64,000 bases of DNA from Arcobacteraceae bacterium. Lineage in GTDB: Bacteria > Campylobacterota > Campylobacteria > Campylobacterales > Arcobacteraceae. The stretch spans positions 608,001-672,000 of the forward strand of contig OY759974.1 of assembly GCA_963662945.1 (NCBI GenBank), in the 5' to 3' direction. The translations under genes and the position numbers were made by a program. Below, piece by piece: positions 50,906-61,783 of the stretch. Under the pieces are notes generated by a model. The model did no database searches. It saw only the letters and a program-made list of their open reading frames with translations, and had not been told where the DNA came from. How positions within the stretch are numbered: the first letter of the stretch is position 1; each line of letters begins with the position of its first letter.

Positions 50906-51231
50906 AAGGTACAATAAGCAATAGCTTGCAGATAATGTAAGAGGAAAGTCTGAGCTGCCGTGAAGTATGGTTCCATTTAACAAATGGCTAGGGAAACCTA
51001 AGGGATAGTGCAACAGAAAGTAAACTACCTATATTTATATAGGAAAAGGTGAAACGGTGAGGTAAGAGCTCACCAGTGTCTTAAGTAATTTAGACAGCTA
51101 TGTAAACCCAACCTGCAGCAAGAAGAGATGGTATAAGCTTCACATTTTTGGCTCTTCGCACGATTGGTTTTGTAAAAAATCAACTAGATAAATTATTGCT
51201 TACAACAAAACTCAGCTTACCGTTGTACCTT
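50906..51231 (+). ncRNA. rnpB: RNase P RNA (type A)
   Basis: GAGGAAAGTCTGAG, AGTGCAACAGAAA, GGTGAAACGG, ACAAAACTCAGCTTA; P1 AAGGTACAA/TTGTACCTT; TATAAT at 50893-50898. Confidence 0.96.
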
Positions 51232-51232
51232 T

Positions 51233-52960
51233 TTAATTTAACTGATGACTAAACTCTGGAACAATTTCTTTTAATTTACCTAATTTATCTTGTGTATTGA
51301 TAAGTTCTTCAATATCATTATTTAATTTTTCTATATCATAACTTGAACGTCCAGCAACAGTAATAGATTCATACTGTGTTTTTGCATCACTATCATTTAT
51401 AAGTAGCTCTTCATAAAGCTTTTCACCAGGTCTTAATCCTGTATATTCTATAGTTATATTATCTCTACCACTTAATTCTATCATCTTTTGGGCCAAATCT
51501 GCTATTTTAATTGGCTCACCCATATCAAGTATAAAAATTTCACCTTTTTCTCCTAAAGATGCAGCTTGTAACACTAACTCACATGCTTCAGGAATCAACA
51601 TAAAATATCTTGTAATATCTTTATGTGTTACAGTTATTGGTCCACCTGATTCAATTTGTGATTTAAACTTTGGTATCACACTTCCGCTACTTCCAAGAAC
51701 ATTTCCAAATCTTACAGCTACCATTTGTGTTTCTTTTGCATCTACATTTTGCAAATACAATTCACAAATACGTTTTGTTGTTCCCATAACATTTGTAGGA
51801 CGAACTGCCTTGTCTGTAGAGATTAATAAAAACTTCTCTACTTTAAACTTAATTGCACAGTCAATTGTATTTTTTGTTCCAATAATATTATTTACAATTG
51901 CTTCAGTGATATTATCTTCCACTAAAGGAACATGTTTATATGCTGCTGCATGTATTACTATATTTGGAGAGTATTTTTCGAATGTTTTTTCCAATAGTTC
52001 TTTATTAGATACGGATTGCATCACCATAATTGGATTATATTTTTCTAATTCTTGAGATATACTATACAAATTAAATTCACTATGATCAAGTAAAATCAAT
52101 TGTTTAGCTCCAAAATTGACACACTCTCTAGCTATCTGACTTCCAATACTTCCACCTGCACCTGTGATAAGTACCGTTTTATTTGCTATAAAACTTTTAA
52201 TTGCTGTTTTATCTAAATCTTTAGGATGTCTTGCCAATAAATCTTCAACAGAGATATCTTTTAATTGTACTGTAAAATCTTTATCTCTTAAAATTTCTGA
52301 TAAAGCAGGTAAAATTTGTACCTCTTTAAAAAATTCATGTAAATTATCATATGCATCTTTAATTTGAGATGTAGATGCACTAGGCATTGCTATAACCAAT
52401 AAATCATATTTTTGTTTATCGAGTTTTTGTTTTAACTGCATTGGAGAAAGAATACGAATACCATCTATACTTCTACCTTGAATAATCGTATCATCATCAC
52501 TAAAATACTTTACTTTATACTCTGTATTTCTAAACTCTTGTTCAAGTTTCATACCAGCTTTTCCAGCTCCGTAAACAACAACATTCTTTGTTTTTTCAAC
52601 GCGACTTCTGTTGATAATATAATAATAAACATACATAGTAAAATTTATTACAAAAATATATAAAAAAAGCTCACTAGCTAAAAATGCAAATCGTACTTCC
52701 CCATGATAATAAGGTGCATATAATAAAAAAGGAATAATATATACAAAACTTTTTAGCAAAAATGTTTTTTGCGTAGCTTTACTCCAAGAAAGAGAATAAT
52801 CCTTAAAAATTAAAAAAGAAGCAATCATACGCAAAACTATAACACTTAATACCAATTGTATATTAAATGCCGTATGAAATATAAAAAAAGTCCATCCAAA
52901 AGTAATAAAAGTAAATGCAATTATCACCAAAAAATTCAATATTCGTTTATCTAAAATCAT
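51233..52960 (-). CDS. pglF: PglF/CapD-like UDP-GlcNAc 4,6-dehydratase
   Basis: TGAGGSIGS, HAAAYKHVP, STDKAVRP, VRFGNVLGSSGSV, GLRPGEKLYEEL. Confidence 0.9.
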   Translation of the reverse strand: MILDKRILNFLVIIAFTFITFGWTFFIFHTAFNIQLVLSVIVLRMIASFLIFKDYSLSWSKATQKTFLLKSFVYIIPFLLYAPYYHGEVRFAFLASELFLYIFVINFTMYVYYYIINRSRVEKTKNVVVYGAGKAGMKLEQEFRNTEYKVKYFSDDDTIIQGRSIDGIRILSPMQLKQKLDKQKYDLLVIAMPSASTSQIKDAYDNLHEFFKEVQILPALSEILRDKDFTVQLKDISVEDLLARHPKDLDKTAIKSFIANKTVLITGAGGSIGSQIARECVNFGAKQLILLDHSEFNLYSISQELEKYNPIMVMQSVSNKELLEKTFEKYSPNIVIHAAAYKHVPLVEDNITEAIVNNIIGTKNTIDCAIKFKVEKFLLISTDKAVRPTNVMGTTKRICELYLQNVDAKETQMVAVRFGNVLGSSGSVIPKFKSQIESGGPITVTHKDITRYFMLIPEACELVLQAASLGEKGEIFILDMGEPIKIADLAQKMIELSGRDNITIEYTGLRPGEKLYEELLINDSDAKTQYESITVAGRSSYDIEKLNNDIEELINTQDKLGKLKEIVPEFSHQLN

Positions 52961-53919
52961 TTAAATTCTTTCTTCTTATCTATAAATTTTACAATAGAGT
53001 ATAATAACACAATAGTGATGAGAAAAACTAGAAAAATGTTACTGACATAATAAATCAATGTAAATAAAACTATATTCACAATAATCAAATTATTTGTAAC
53101 TTTATAATGACTCCACCCAGCTTGCGTAAGTCTTTGATATGCATGCTTTTTGTGTGCTTGAGAAAGTTTTTCTCCATTAAGCTTTCTTCTTACCAATGTT
53201 AAAGTAGCATCAAACCAAAATACGCTAAAAAGAACGATCCATACCCAAAAATTTGAAGCTTGTAGATTAGCATAATATATTGTAAATATAGCAATAGTAT
53301 AGCCTAATAATGTACTACCTACGTCCCCCATAAATATTTTTGCCCTATTCCAGTTCCAATACAAAAAACCTAACACAGATGAAGCTAATACAGCAAAATG
53401 TAAATCACCAAAAAGCAATAATCCAATTAAACTTAAAAATACAAATTCACTCCCTACATAACCATTGATTCCATCAATAAAATTTGTAAGATTTATATAC
53501 CAAACTATCATAAAAAAAGCAAAAATATTTGTTATAAATACATTTGAAATATCAAAAAAACCAAAACTAAGTAGATTTAGTCCACCTAAAACATATAATC
53601 CTAACATCGCTATCGCTGACTGTACAATAAGTCTGAGTTTTGCACTTAATTCATATATATCATCCAAAAAACTTATTATACTTATAATTATCCCCATCAT
53701 AAGTGCATAAAATAATGTCGAATCAATCTGCATAGTAAAATGTAGGTATAGAAGTCCTATAAACCAAGTAATAGCTATAGCTATTCCACCACCATGTGGG
53801 GTTGGAACTGTATGAGAACTTCGTTCATTCACCGTTGCTACAAGTGATTTTTTAATAGCATAGTTTTTTATAAAATATGTTAATATAAATGAAGTTATTA
53901 ATAAAAGTACATAAATCAT
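52957..53919 (-). CDS. MraY/WecA-family undecaprenyl-phosphate sugar-1-P transferase
   Basis: RSSHTVPTPHGGG, NFIDGING, KIFMGDVGS, HAYQRL. Confidence 0.92.
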   Translation of the reverse strand: MIYVLLLITSFILTYFIKNYAIKKSLVATVNERSSHTVPTPHGGGIAIAITWFIGLLYLHFTMQIDSTLFYALMMGIIISIISFLDDIYELSAKLRLIVQSAIAMLGLYVLGGLNLLSFGFFDISNVFITNIFAFFMIVWYINLTNFIDGINGYVGSEFVFLSLIGLLLFGDLHFAVLASSVLGFLYWNWNRAKIFMGDVGSTLLGYTIAIFTIYYANLQASNFWVWIVLFSVFWFDATLTLVRRKLNGEKLSQAHKKHAYQRLTQAGWSHYKVTNNLIIVNIVLFTLIYYVSNIFLVFLITIVLLYSIVKFIDKKKEFK

Positions 53920-53933
53920 TATCTTACTTTCTA

Positions 53934-55058
53934 TTAATTAACAGAATTCTTTTCATAAATAAACTCAACTAAAGCCTTAGATAAATCATTATCTATAAAA
54001 CTCTCTAATACCATTTTTTTTCCATTATATCCCATCTGTTTAATTAACAAATTATTCTCGATTATATTGCTATATTTATCTACCATATCTTCTATATTTT
54101 TTACTTGATGAAGTATACCAGTTTCATTATTTACAATTGCATCACTTAAACCATATATATTAGAACCAATCGTTGGTATTTCCATCGAAGCCGCCTCTAT
54201 AACTATAGTACCAAATCCTTCTCTATAGCTAGGTAAAACCAATACATCTGTCATATTCAATACTTCTTCTGGATTATTAATAAAAGTTAATTCAGCAATT
54301 ACCTTTGGATGATTTAACAACTCATTCATTTTATTTTTTAAAGTATCATCTTCAAGTGGTCCAATTAAAACCAGCTTTATATGATGATATTTTTTAAATA
54401 ATTGTAAAAACACCTCATTTAAATCTAAAATACCCTTATCCTTATTGATTCTTCCAAGAAACATAAAAACAATTTCATTTTCTTGAATATTATATTTTTT
54501 TCTCAACTCTTCTTTTAAGATATTATTTACTTTGAATTTTTCAATATCAACACCAGAAATTGATCCATTTTTTAAAACATAACCATCATTAGATTTTAAA
54601 ACACCTTCATCAATTAAGAATTGTTTTTGTGATTTACTATCTATAAGTACAGAAGTACTACATAGTACAATTATTTTATCCATAATTTTTAATAATTTTT
54701 TAAATAAACCTTTTTTAGTTGCCCACACTTGCCCTGTAAAAAAATGAATTCTTGTAGGTACTCCTAAAATACATGATGATAACATTGAAAGTAATCCTGA
54801 TTTTGGCATCAAAGATAAGACTAAATCATACTTCTCTTTTTTTAAAATACCATATAATTGAAACAATGATTTTATATCTTTTATAAGATTTATTTGTCGT
54901 TCTATTTTTATTCTAATTATTTTACAATCAGTTTTAATTTCAGCATCATCTCCAATAATAAGTGTCACATCATAGTATTTTCTTAAATACTGAATATGTT
55001 TTAACATAAATACATTTACACCATTTCCTGCGGTAGCTACGAGACAAAGTTTTTTCAT
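53934..55058 (-). CDS. Glycosyltransferase family 4 (GT-B)
   Basis: FLGRINKDKG, VLPSYREGFG...EA. Confidence 0.92.
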   Translation of the reverse strand: MKKLCLVATAGNGVNVFMLKHIQYLRKYYDVTLIIGDDAEIKTDCKIIRIKIERQINLIKDIKSLFQLYGILKKEKYDLVLSLMPKSGLLSMLSSCILGVPTRIHFFTGQVWATKKGLFKKLLKIMDKIIVLCSTSVLIDSKSQKQFLIDEGVLKSNDGYVLKNGSISGVDIEKFKVNNILKEELRKKYNIQENEIVFMFLGRINKDKGILDLNEVFLQLFKKYHHIKLVLIGPLEDDTLKNKMNELLNHPKVIAELTFINNPEEVLNMTDVLVLPSYREGFGTIVIEAASMEIPTIGSNIYGLSDAIVNNETGILHQVKNIEDMVDKYSNIIENNLLIKQMGYNGKKMVLESFIDNDLSKALVEFIYEKNSVN

Positions 55059-55060
55059 AT

Positions 55061-55894
55061 TTAATCACCCCGTTTTTTAGATAAAAGAAATAATTTATAT
55101 TTGACTAATCTAATTATATATTTAATTTGTGAAAAAACTAATGCAAGTAAAATTATTGGTTTATAGAACAATGATATTTCATCATACTTTAAAATTGAAA
55201 TAAAGCTTTTATTAACACCTTGTTGCATCATTTGTAAATTTCCACTTAAACAACTATTTTGAGAAAGATAATCATGTTTAAAAGTATATGTTAATGGTAA
55301 TAAAATTTTAATTGCATGGTTTTTATAAGTAATTTTTTTCCATAAGTTATAATCTTCAGCATACTTCATTGTTTCATCAAATCTATAATGTTTCAAACAT
55401 TTATCTATTACTACACTTGGCGTAGCAAAAGGAGTTTTAAAAAGAATTTTTGGCCAAGATATAATCGTATACGGAATATCTTGCATTGAGTATTGAATTT
55501 GTTTATTATTATCTAATTCTGTTTGTGTAATATTCTTATGTACTGTTCCACAAATTTTACTTCGTGTTTTTTGCATCATTGCAATTTGAATCTCTATTTT
55601 TTGTGGATGCCAATCATCATCCGAATCTAAAAAAGCTATGTAATCACCTGTTGATTTTTCTAAACCAATGTTTCTGCTATAAGAAGGTCCTTTATTGCTC
55701 TCATTTTTGAATAATACGACATTATCTAAGCTTTCTTTCTCTTTAAACATACAAAGAGTTTCATATGTATTATCTGTACTGCAATCATCTATGATAATTA
55801 CTTCATAAAAATTATTTAAATTTTTAATCTTTTCAAATAATTCATTCATAATACTACTATTGTTATAAACAGGTAAAACTACAGAAACTAACAT
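55061..55894 (-). CDS. Glycosyltransferase family 2
   Basis: VSVVLPVYN, IDDCSTD, AFLDSDD. Confidence 0.92.
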   Translation of the reverse strand: MLVSVVLPVYNNSSIMNELFEKIKNLNNFYEVIIIDDCSTDNTYETLCMFKEKESLDNVVLFKNESNKGPSYSRNIGLEKSTGDYIAFLDSDDDWHPQKIEIQIAMMQKTRSKICGTVHKNITQTELDNNKQIQYSMQDIPYTIISWPKILFKTPFATPSVVIDKCLKHYRFDETMKYAEDYNLWKKITYKNHAIKILLPLTYTFKHDYLSQNSCLSGNLQMMQQGVNKSFISILKYDEISLFYKPIILLALVFSQIKYIIRLVKYKLFLLSKKRGD

Positions 55895-56662
55895 TTATTT
55901 TAATTCCAAGTTTTTATTTTTTAATGATAAATAGTCATAAAATCCGCTAATTTTATATTGTAAATTTTCTATAGTATCAGTTGCTATAATTTCTATTCGT
56001 TTAATTGTTTGTAAATCTAAATTTACATTTGTATTTACTCCAATATTACTTGATGTAATAATTTTATACCCTAAATCATTAGCTATTTTTAATGTATCAG
56101 TATTATAACTTCCATGAGGATAACTCATATGAACAATTTCTTGACCAATTATCTTTTCTAATGTTAATTTACTTTGACTTAGTTCATAATATTGTTCATC
56201 ATAACTCAATGTTTCTAAATGAGGATGTTTAACACTATGAGTACCAAGAATGCATTTATCATATTTAGAAAATTCTTTTATATCATCTTCTGATAAATAA
56301 TCTTTTTCTCCAATAAAACCTGTCGTAATATAAAGTGTAAATGGTATATCATATTTTTTACATACTTCTAATGCAAATAGATTATCTTTATATCCATCAT
56401 CAAATGTTATGGATATTGTATTTCTATCTAAATTATTTTTATACTCAAAATCAATTGGAATAATTTCATAATTATTTTTTAAAAATTGAATATGCTCTAC
56501 AAACTTTTCTTTTGAAATAGAGATACCATAAGTATCATGACTTAATTCTGAGCCAATTGAATGATACAATATCACCCTATTACCAATAATATTGCAATAT
56601 CGTCTATATAAATTATAATATGTAAAACCAATTGCATTTTTGACAATTTGTTTTATACTCAT
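55895..56662 (-). CDS. Polysaccharide deacetylase (NodB homology)
   Basis: ITFDDGY, THSVKHP, SYPHG. Confidence 0.9.
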   Translation of the reverse strand: MSIKQIVKNAIGFTYYNLYRRYCNIIGNRVILYHSIGSELSHDTYGISISKEKFVEHIQFLKNNYEIIPIDFEYKNNLDRNTISITFDDGYKDNLFALEVCKKYDIPFTLYITTGFIGEKDYLSEDDIKEFSKYDKCILGTHSVKHPHLETLSYDEQYYELSQSKLTLEKIIGQEIVHMSYPHGSYNTDTLKIANDLGYKIITSSNIGVNTNVNLDLQTIKRIEIIATDTIENLQYKISGFYDYLSLKNKNLELK

Positions 56663-57627
56663 AAATATACCTTATTAATTAAAAAACTAATTAATTTAGA
56701 GTTTGACAATTCCCACTCACCTAGTTTTTCAACATTTTGTGCTCTTATACCATTTTTAAAACTATACACATTTGGATTATTTAAAGGATCTATACCTGTC
56801 ATATCATATTCTTGAATATTCATCTCTTTTGCTTTTTTAAATAATTCAAATAATAACATATATGATGTATAGTTTTTTCTTCCAGTTAAATCTGTAGTTG
56901 CCCAAAAATCTAATGCTTTATTTCCTGCATATAAAAATGCTCGTAATCCAACAATTTGATTCTCAATTGATGAAGTTGCAATGATAATATTATTTGATAA
57001 ATATTTTTTAATATATTTTAATTCTTCTAATGAAGGCAATGGCACATCTTTAATCATTTTAAATCTACTAAATAACTCAAAAATTTCTTGTTCATTATAT
57101 TTATTTAAACTCTGTACTTTTACTAATAAATTTTTACTCATACCTCGTTTAACATTTTTTCTAAAATTATTCGAACAAGCTTCTTGTAACTCTTCTATAG
57201 ATTTAGTTAAATCTACATATACAGTATAATCACTTGTAAGTTTTTTGGAAGTTTTTACCCAACCAGAAGAATATAAAGCAATAGATTCATCAAAATCTAA
57301 TTTATTTGTAAAACTACTTTTGATAAAGACATATTTAATTTGAAATTGTTTTTGTAAATATTCAATCAATTCATCTTTTTGAAAAGCAGTAATATCACCT
57401 GCAATACTCCCTACACACCAACCTAAAAAAATATTAAATTTGACTTTATAAGTAATCTGTAAATATGCAATATGACCATCTTTGTTAGCTTTGATTGAAG
57501 CTACTTTCCAACCCATATTTTGTTTATATTCACCCCATTCAAATAACTGATATGGATTATAATTTATATTTTTTATAATCTCTTTATTCCAAACTTCTTT
57601 ATCTGTAATTAACGTAAAATTTACCAT
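56659..57627 (-). CDS. FemAB/GNAT-like aminoacyl or acyl transferase
   Basis: YQLFEWGEYK, VDLTKSIEEL...RKNVKR, YDMTGI...VYSFKNG. Confidence 0.75.
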   Translation of the reverse strand: MVNFTLITDKEVWNKEIIKNINYNPYQLFEWGEYKQNMGWKVASIKANKDGHIAYLQITYKVKFNIFLGWCVGSIAGDITAFQKDELIEYLQKQFQIKYVFIKSSFTNKLDFDESIALYSSGWVKTSKKLTSDYTVYVDLTKSIEELQEACSNNFRKNVKRGMSKNLLVKVQSLNKYNEQEIFELFSRFKMIKDVPLPSLEELKYIKKYLSNNIIIATSSIENQIVGLRAFLYAGNKALDFWATTDLTGRKNYTSYMLLFELFKKAKEMNIQEYDMTGIDPLNNPNVYSFKNGIRAQNVEKLGEWELSNSKLISFLINKVYL

Positions 57628-58625
57628 AAAAACGGTACCACCTTAATATTTTTATAAAATACTGGACAATTATTAACAATATCATCTGGTAAATCAGGCC
57701 AAGGTAATATAAAAAAACCTTGTCTTAATAAAAATCGTTCAAAATCATTAGAGTTTCCATGATCAATGAAAGCAAATTCATAAGGTACCGACTCTTTATA
57801 ATATTTAAATATAGCTTCAATATTAAATTCTTTTGCCCATTGTTCTACTTGTAGATACAATTTTTGACGTCTTTTAATTTCAAGTTCTATATCAAGATTA
57901 ATTTTTTTATCCTTTAAAATTGGTGTCAGGTACCTATTCGAAGGTAATTCATATTCACTCTCTTTATCAGGAAGAGGAATTGTTGAGCCAGTTTTAACAT
58001 AGCGTAATACTCTTCTAAGTAATAATATAAATATACCTATATATTTGTGTACAATTTTTTGTTTTAGACTTAATTTTTGATAGTATCTTACATCTTCATC
58101 AGTTTGTTTAATATCAGCACTATCAAACTTAACTGTTTTTAAATCATCTCGATTTATTAATAAAGCTCCACCATTGGGCAAAAACATAGTTTTTCGGATA
58201 CTTAAAAGTCCAACATCTCCTCTTGTACCCAATAAATTACCTTGAGAATCTTTACTTAAAAATCCATGAGCATTATCTTCAATAATTAAAGAATTGTACT
58301 TCTTTTTGTATTCCCAAAAAGGTTCTAATTGATTTTCAAAACCAAAATAATTAACCATTATAATTGCATCACATTGTATATCTTCTAAGATAGGAAATAA
58401 GTTTTCATCACAATGATAAAAATAATATTTTAATCCTAATTTATTTATAGGAGCCAACATATCTCTACAAATAAAAGCTGGTAAATAAATACTCTTAATA
58501 TCCAACTTTAATAAAACTTCTAAGAATGCATAACGGGCATATGGATATAAATATATATTTGATTGAGTATATATATCTTTTATATTAATTTTTTCTTGAT
58601 AGTTTTGATTATAAAATGGAGTCAT
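57621..58625 (-). CDS. DegT/DnrJ-like PLP-dependent enzyme
   Basis: VNYFGF, IIEDNAHG, SIRKT...GGAL. Confidence 0.75.
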   Translation of the reverse strand: MTPFYNQNYQEKINIKDIYTQSNIYLYPYARYAFLEVLLKLDIKSIYLPAFICRDMLAPINKLGLKYYFYHCDENLFPILEDIQCDAIIMVNYFGFENQLEPFWEYKKKYNSLIIEDNAHGFLSKDSQGNLLGTRGDVGLLSIRKTMFLPNGGALLINRDDLKTVKFDSADIKQTDEDVRYYQKLSLKQKIVHKYIGIFILLLRRVLRYVKTGSTIPLPDKESEYELPSNRYLTPILKDKKINLDIELEIKRRQKLYLQVEQWAKEFNIEAIFKYYKESVPYEFAFIDHGNSNDFERFLLRQGFFILPWPDLPDDIVNNCPVFYKNIKVVPFLW

Positions 58626-58626
58626 G

Positions 58627-59595
58627 TTATTTTTTATGGTGTAACTCTATTAACATATCATTCCCAATATCTAAGGCATCAAATCTATTAAGAATTTTTT
58701 GAAAATAATATGCTTCATCAATTTTAATATCTGCAAATATATTATCTAAATTACTATTCTGCTCAGATAAAAACCTATACATTTGTGGATATGAAAATGT
58801 TTTAAAATAACCTATAGCCAAATCATTCTTTTCGGCATATTTTTCTATATCAGCCTTTTTAAAATGATATAAATGAATTGGTAACTCAACTGATTCAATT
58901 GCAATTTTATATAATAAACCATCCATATTGGGTACCATAATAATTGCAACTCCATTTTTTGATAAATGTTGTTTTATAAATTGAAAAAACTTTTGGGGAG
59001 AATGAACATGCTCTAAGGACCAATTCATTCTGATAATATCAAATTCCAAATCTATTGGCACATTATCAATAGATTTAAAACTCTTTATTCCCCCTTCTTC
59101 TAAATTTTTTCTTGCATCATCTGAAATCTCAACACCATACACATCAACAAATTGTTTATAATACATTAAAGAACCATTTTTACCCCAGAAATGTGCTGAT
59201 ACACCAGAACCACAACCAATATCTAATAAAGTATTTGCAGTTTTCAAATATTTTTTTACAGGGTCATCTACTTTTGGTTTCAGGTAAGTTACAAGTTTTC
59301 TATTAAAAAAAGGAACAAGTGAAAATAATTTTGCTATTGAAGAGTTAGCAATTTTATCAATTAACTCTAAAAGAAATAATTTCATTTTAGATTTAGAAGC
59401 ATGAAAATCATACTTTGTAGAATAATATGCACCTATTTCCTCTTCAGAAGGTCGTGGATTTGTAAACATTAGTTTACAATTTTCACATTCTACAACATCA
59501 AAATAATCGTCTGTTACATGATGATATATATCTGTTTGAGTAGTTGTTTTCTTGAAGTTTTCACAGCCACATAAATCACATTTCACTTTTTCCAT
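58627..59595 (-). CDS. Class I SAM-dependent methyltransferase with N-terminal Zn ribbon
   Basis: CDLC...CENC, LLDIGCGSG, LEHV, PIHLYHF. Confidence 0.88.
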   Translation of the reverse strand: MEKVKCDLCGCENFKKTTTQTDIYHHVTDDYFDVVECENCKLMFTNPRPSEEEIGAYYSTKYDFHASKSKMKLFLLELIDKIANSSIAKLFSLVPFFNRKLVTYLKPKVDDPVKKYLKTANTLLDIGCGSGVSAHFWGKNGSLMYYKQFVDVYGVEISDDARKNLEEGGIKSFKSIDNVPIDLEFDIIRMNWSLEHVHSPQKFFQFIKQHLSKNGVAIIMVPNMDGLLYKIAIESVELPIHLYHFKKADIEKYAEKNDLAIGYFKTFSYPQMYRFLSEQNSNLDNIFADIKIDEAYYFQKILNRFDALDIGNDMLIELHHKK

Positions 59596-59605
59596 ATTTA
59601 AAATC

Positions 59606-60526
59606 CTAGTATATATTTTTTATTAATTCTTTTAATTTTGTAAAGGTTTTATAAGTAATAAAAAAACTTATTAAAAATGTCAATAAGTATTTTCTATTCA
59701 TTGTTGATGCCTTACGTAAATATTCTCTTGTTTGTTGAATGTCCCCTTTACTCCAAAAACATAAAGCATACATATTATTTATTTTCGCTTTTAAAATGTT
59801 TATTTCATTAACATATTTGAAATTAAATCCATCAATACTTAATGACAAATCTTCTAACATAATTTCATACTCTTTAGGAAACGAGCAAAGATGTTTATCA
59901 GATTCACTACCATGTCCATATCTCCATTTTGCTAATGGCTTATCTATATATTGACATTTTGTATAATATGCTAACTTAATAAAAAACTCTGCATCACTAC
60001 TTACATTATATTTAGGATCAAAATAGATATGATTTTCATCCATTATCCTTTTTCGTACCATAACTGTTTCAAATGAGAAAAAATACCCCTGAAGTAGTTC
60101 TTTAAATATATATCCACTAGGCATTAAACTTTTATATGCCAAATAACTATTTTCGTGATTAAAACATATAGTATTTGAATACACTATACCTATATCATCA
60201 TTATCTATCATTATTTTGATTTGTTGTTCTAATTTTTCAGGCATCCACAAATCATCAGTATCTAAGACACAAAAATACTCACCCTGAATAAATTCTTTAG
60301 CATAAACTCTAGCATTACACAAATTCATATTATAGGGTGTTCGATAATATTTTATTTTAGAATCAAATTTTTCAACTATCTTTTTACTTTGATCTGTTGA
60401 ACAATTATCTATAAATATAATTTCCCAATTCGTATATGTTTGTAAATAAACACTTTTAATAGCTTCTTCTAAATATTCTTGACAATTATAACAATTCATT
60501 AAAATAGATACTAATGGCTTTTTCAT
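59606..60526 (-). CDS. Glycosyltransferase family 2
   Basis: VSILMNCYN, IDNCSTD, LDTDDLW. Confidence 0.9.
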   Translation of the reverse strand: MKKPLVSILMNCYNCQEYLEEAIKSVYLQTYTNWEIIFIDNCSTDQSKKIVEKFDSKIKYYRTPYNMNLCNARVYAKEFIQGEYFCVLDTDDLWMPEKLEQQIKIMIDNDDIGIVYSNTICFNHENSYLAYKSLMPSGYIFKELLQGYFFSFETVMVRKRIMDENHIYFDPKYNVSSDAEFFIKLAYYTKCQYIDKPLAKWRYGHGSESDKHLCSFPKEYEIMLEDLSLSIDGFNFKYVNEINILKAKINNMYALCFWSKGDIQQTREYLRKASTMNRKYLLTFLISFFITYKTFTKLKELIKNIY

Positions 60527-61386
60527 TCTACTTCTTTCTTTAATAAATTAATATATTTCTTTAATGAAACTTCCCAATCTCCCATAATATTTAATTTCAA
60601 TAAAGCCAATTTATAATTATATGCTGATTCATTATGAGAAACTGGTGCTATTCTTTTAAACATACCAGCTGGTGCAATTTTCACTTCACATTTTATATTA
60701 AAAAATTCAATAATTTTTTTTACATAATCATATCTTGATATATTTATTGCCTCATTGACACAATTATATATACCATATTGATGATTATCAATTAAAATTT
60801 CAATTTGGGCAATAAAATCATCAATATACGTCGGGTTTCCAATTTGTATATTATCTGAATAAATAATATCATTTTGTATTGCTTCTAAATATCGCTTAAA
60901 AACAAAATTTTTTTTATGATTTTTATTTCCTCCATATAACCAACCTGTTCTTAAAATTAAAAATTTATTTAAATGGTTTTGTACTATTTTTTCAGCTTCG
61001 AATTTAGATTGATGATGTATTGTTGTTGGTTTTACTTCATCAAATTCACTATATCTATTATCTTTATTCTTACCGTATATTCCAGTACTTGATATATAAA
61101 TAAATAAGATATCTTTATTAATACAATAATTTACTAAAGATTGTGTCATAAGAACATTAATACAATAAGCCTTGTCTGGATTTAATTCACACGATTCAAC
61201 ATCAGTATAGGCTGCTGTATGGATAATTATGTTAGGTTTTTCATGGTTTAATATACTATAAACTTGTTCATAGTTTGTCAAGTCAACTTCTCTACTGATT
61301 CCTATAATATTTTTATATTTTAAATTAGATATCAAGCTAGAACCCAGCATTCCATTTTTACCAGTAATTAAAATTTTACCACTCAT
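60523..61386 (-). CDS. RmlD-like NDP-4-keto-6-deoxyhexose reductase
   Basis: ILITGKNGMLG, HTAAYTDV, LRTGWLY; start moved to MSGKIL. Confidence 0.85.
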   Translation of the reverse strand: MSGKILITGKNGMLGSSLISNLKYKNIIGISREVDLTNYEQVYSILNHEKPNIIIHTAAYTDVESCELNPDKAYCINVLMTQSLVNYCINKDILFIYISSTGIYGKNKDNRYSEFDEVKPTTIHHQSKFEAEKIVQNHLNKFLILRTGWLYGGNKNHKKNFVFKRYLEAIQNDIIYSDNIQIGNPTYIDDFIAQIEILIDNHQYGIYNCVNEAINISRYDYVKKIIEFFNIKCEVKIAPAGMFKRIAPVSHNESAYNYKLALLKLNIMGDWEVSLKKYINLLKKEVE

Positions 61387-61783
61387 AATTAATTTTATCA
61401 AGCTCCATATTTTGTGATTCTGCTGGATCATGTTCTAAGTTAGCTAAATTTAAAAGCATATTATATTCTCCAATACCTCGAAATGCCATCCAAGCATTTG
61501 GTTTTACTGTCAATCGATTATAATTATTTTGTGATAAATTAATAGAAAAAAACTCTTGAGTATCTTCATCAAATACTACAAATTCTATTTCTCCAATAAC
61601 TACAACTAAATTTAAAGTCATTTGTGTATGTTTCTTCCAACCTTTTATCTCTTTTTTATTAATAGTTGAAAAATATGCTTCACCAAAACCATCAAATCCG
61701 TTATCACTTTTTTTCATCGCATGAAATACATCCCCTTTTGGATGATGAATTTGCTTTAATGGCGTAACTATTATTTTGTCCAA
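61376..61783 (-). CDS. RmlC-like cupin sugar epimerase
   Basis: GFGEAYFSTI, KGWKKH. Confidence 0.8.
   Translation of the reverse strand: MDKIIVTPLKQIHHPKGDVFHAMKKSDNGFDGFGEAYFSTINKKEIKGWKKHTQMTLNLVVVIGEIEFVVFDEDTQEFFSINLSQNNYNRLTVKPNAWMAFRGIGEYNMLLNLANLEHDPAESQNMELDKINYEW

Noticed and set aside
50744-51013. 89-aa minus-strand ORF
   Set aside because: Overlaps lolA and rnpB on the opposite strand.
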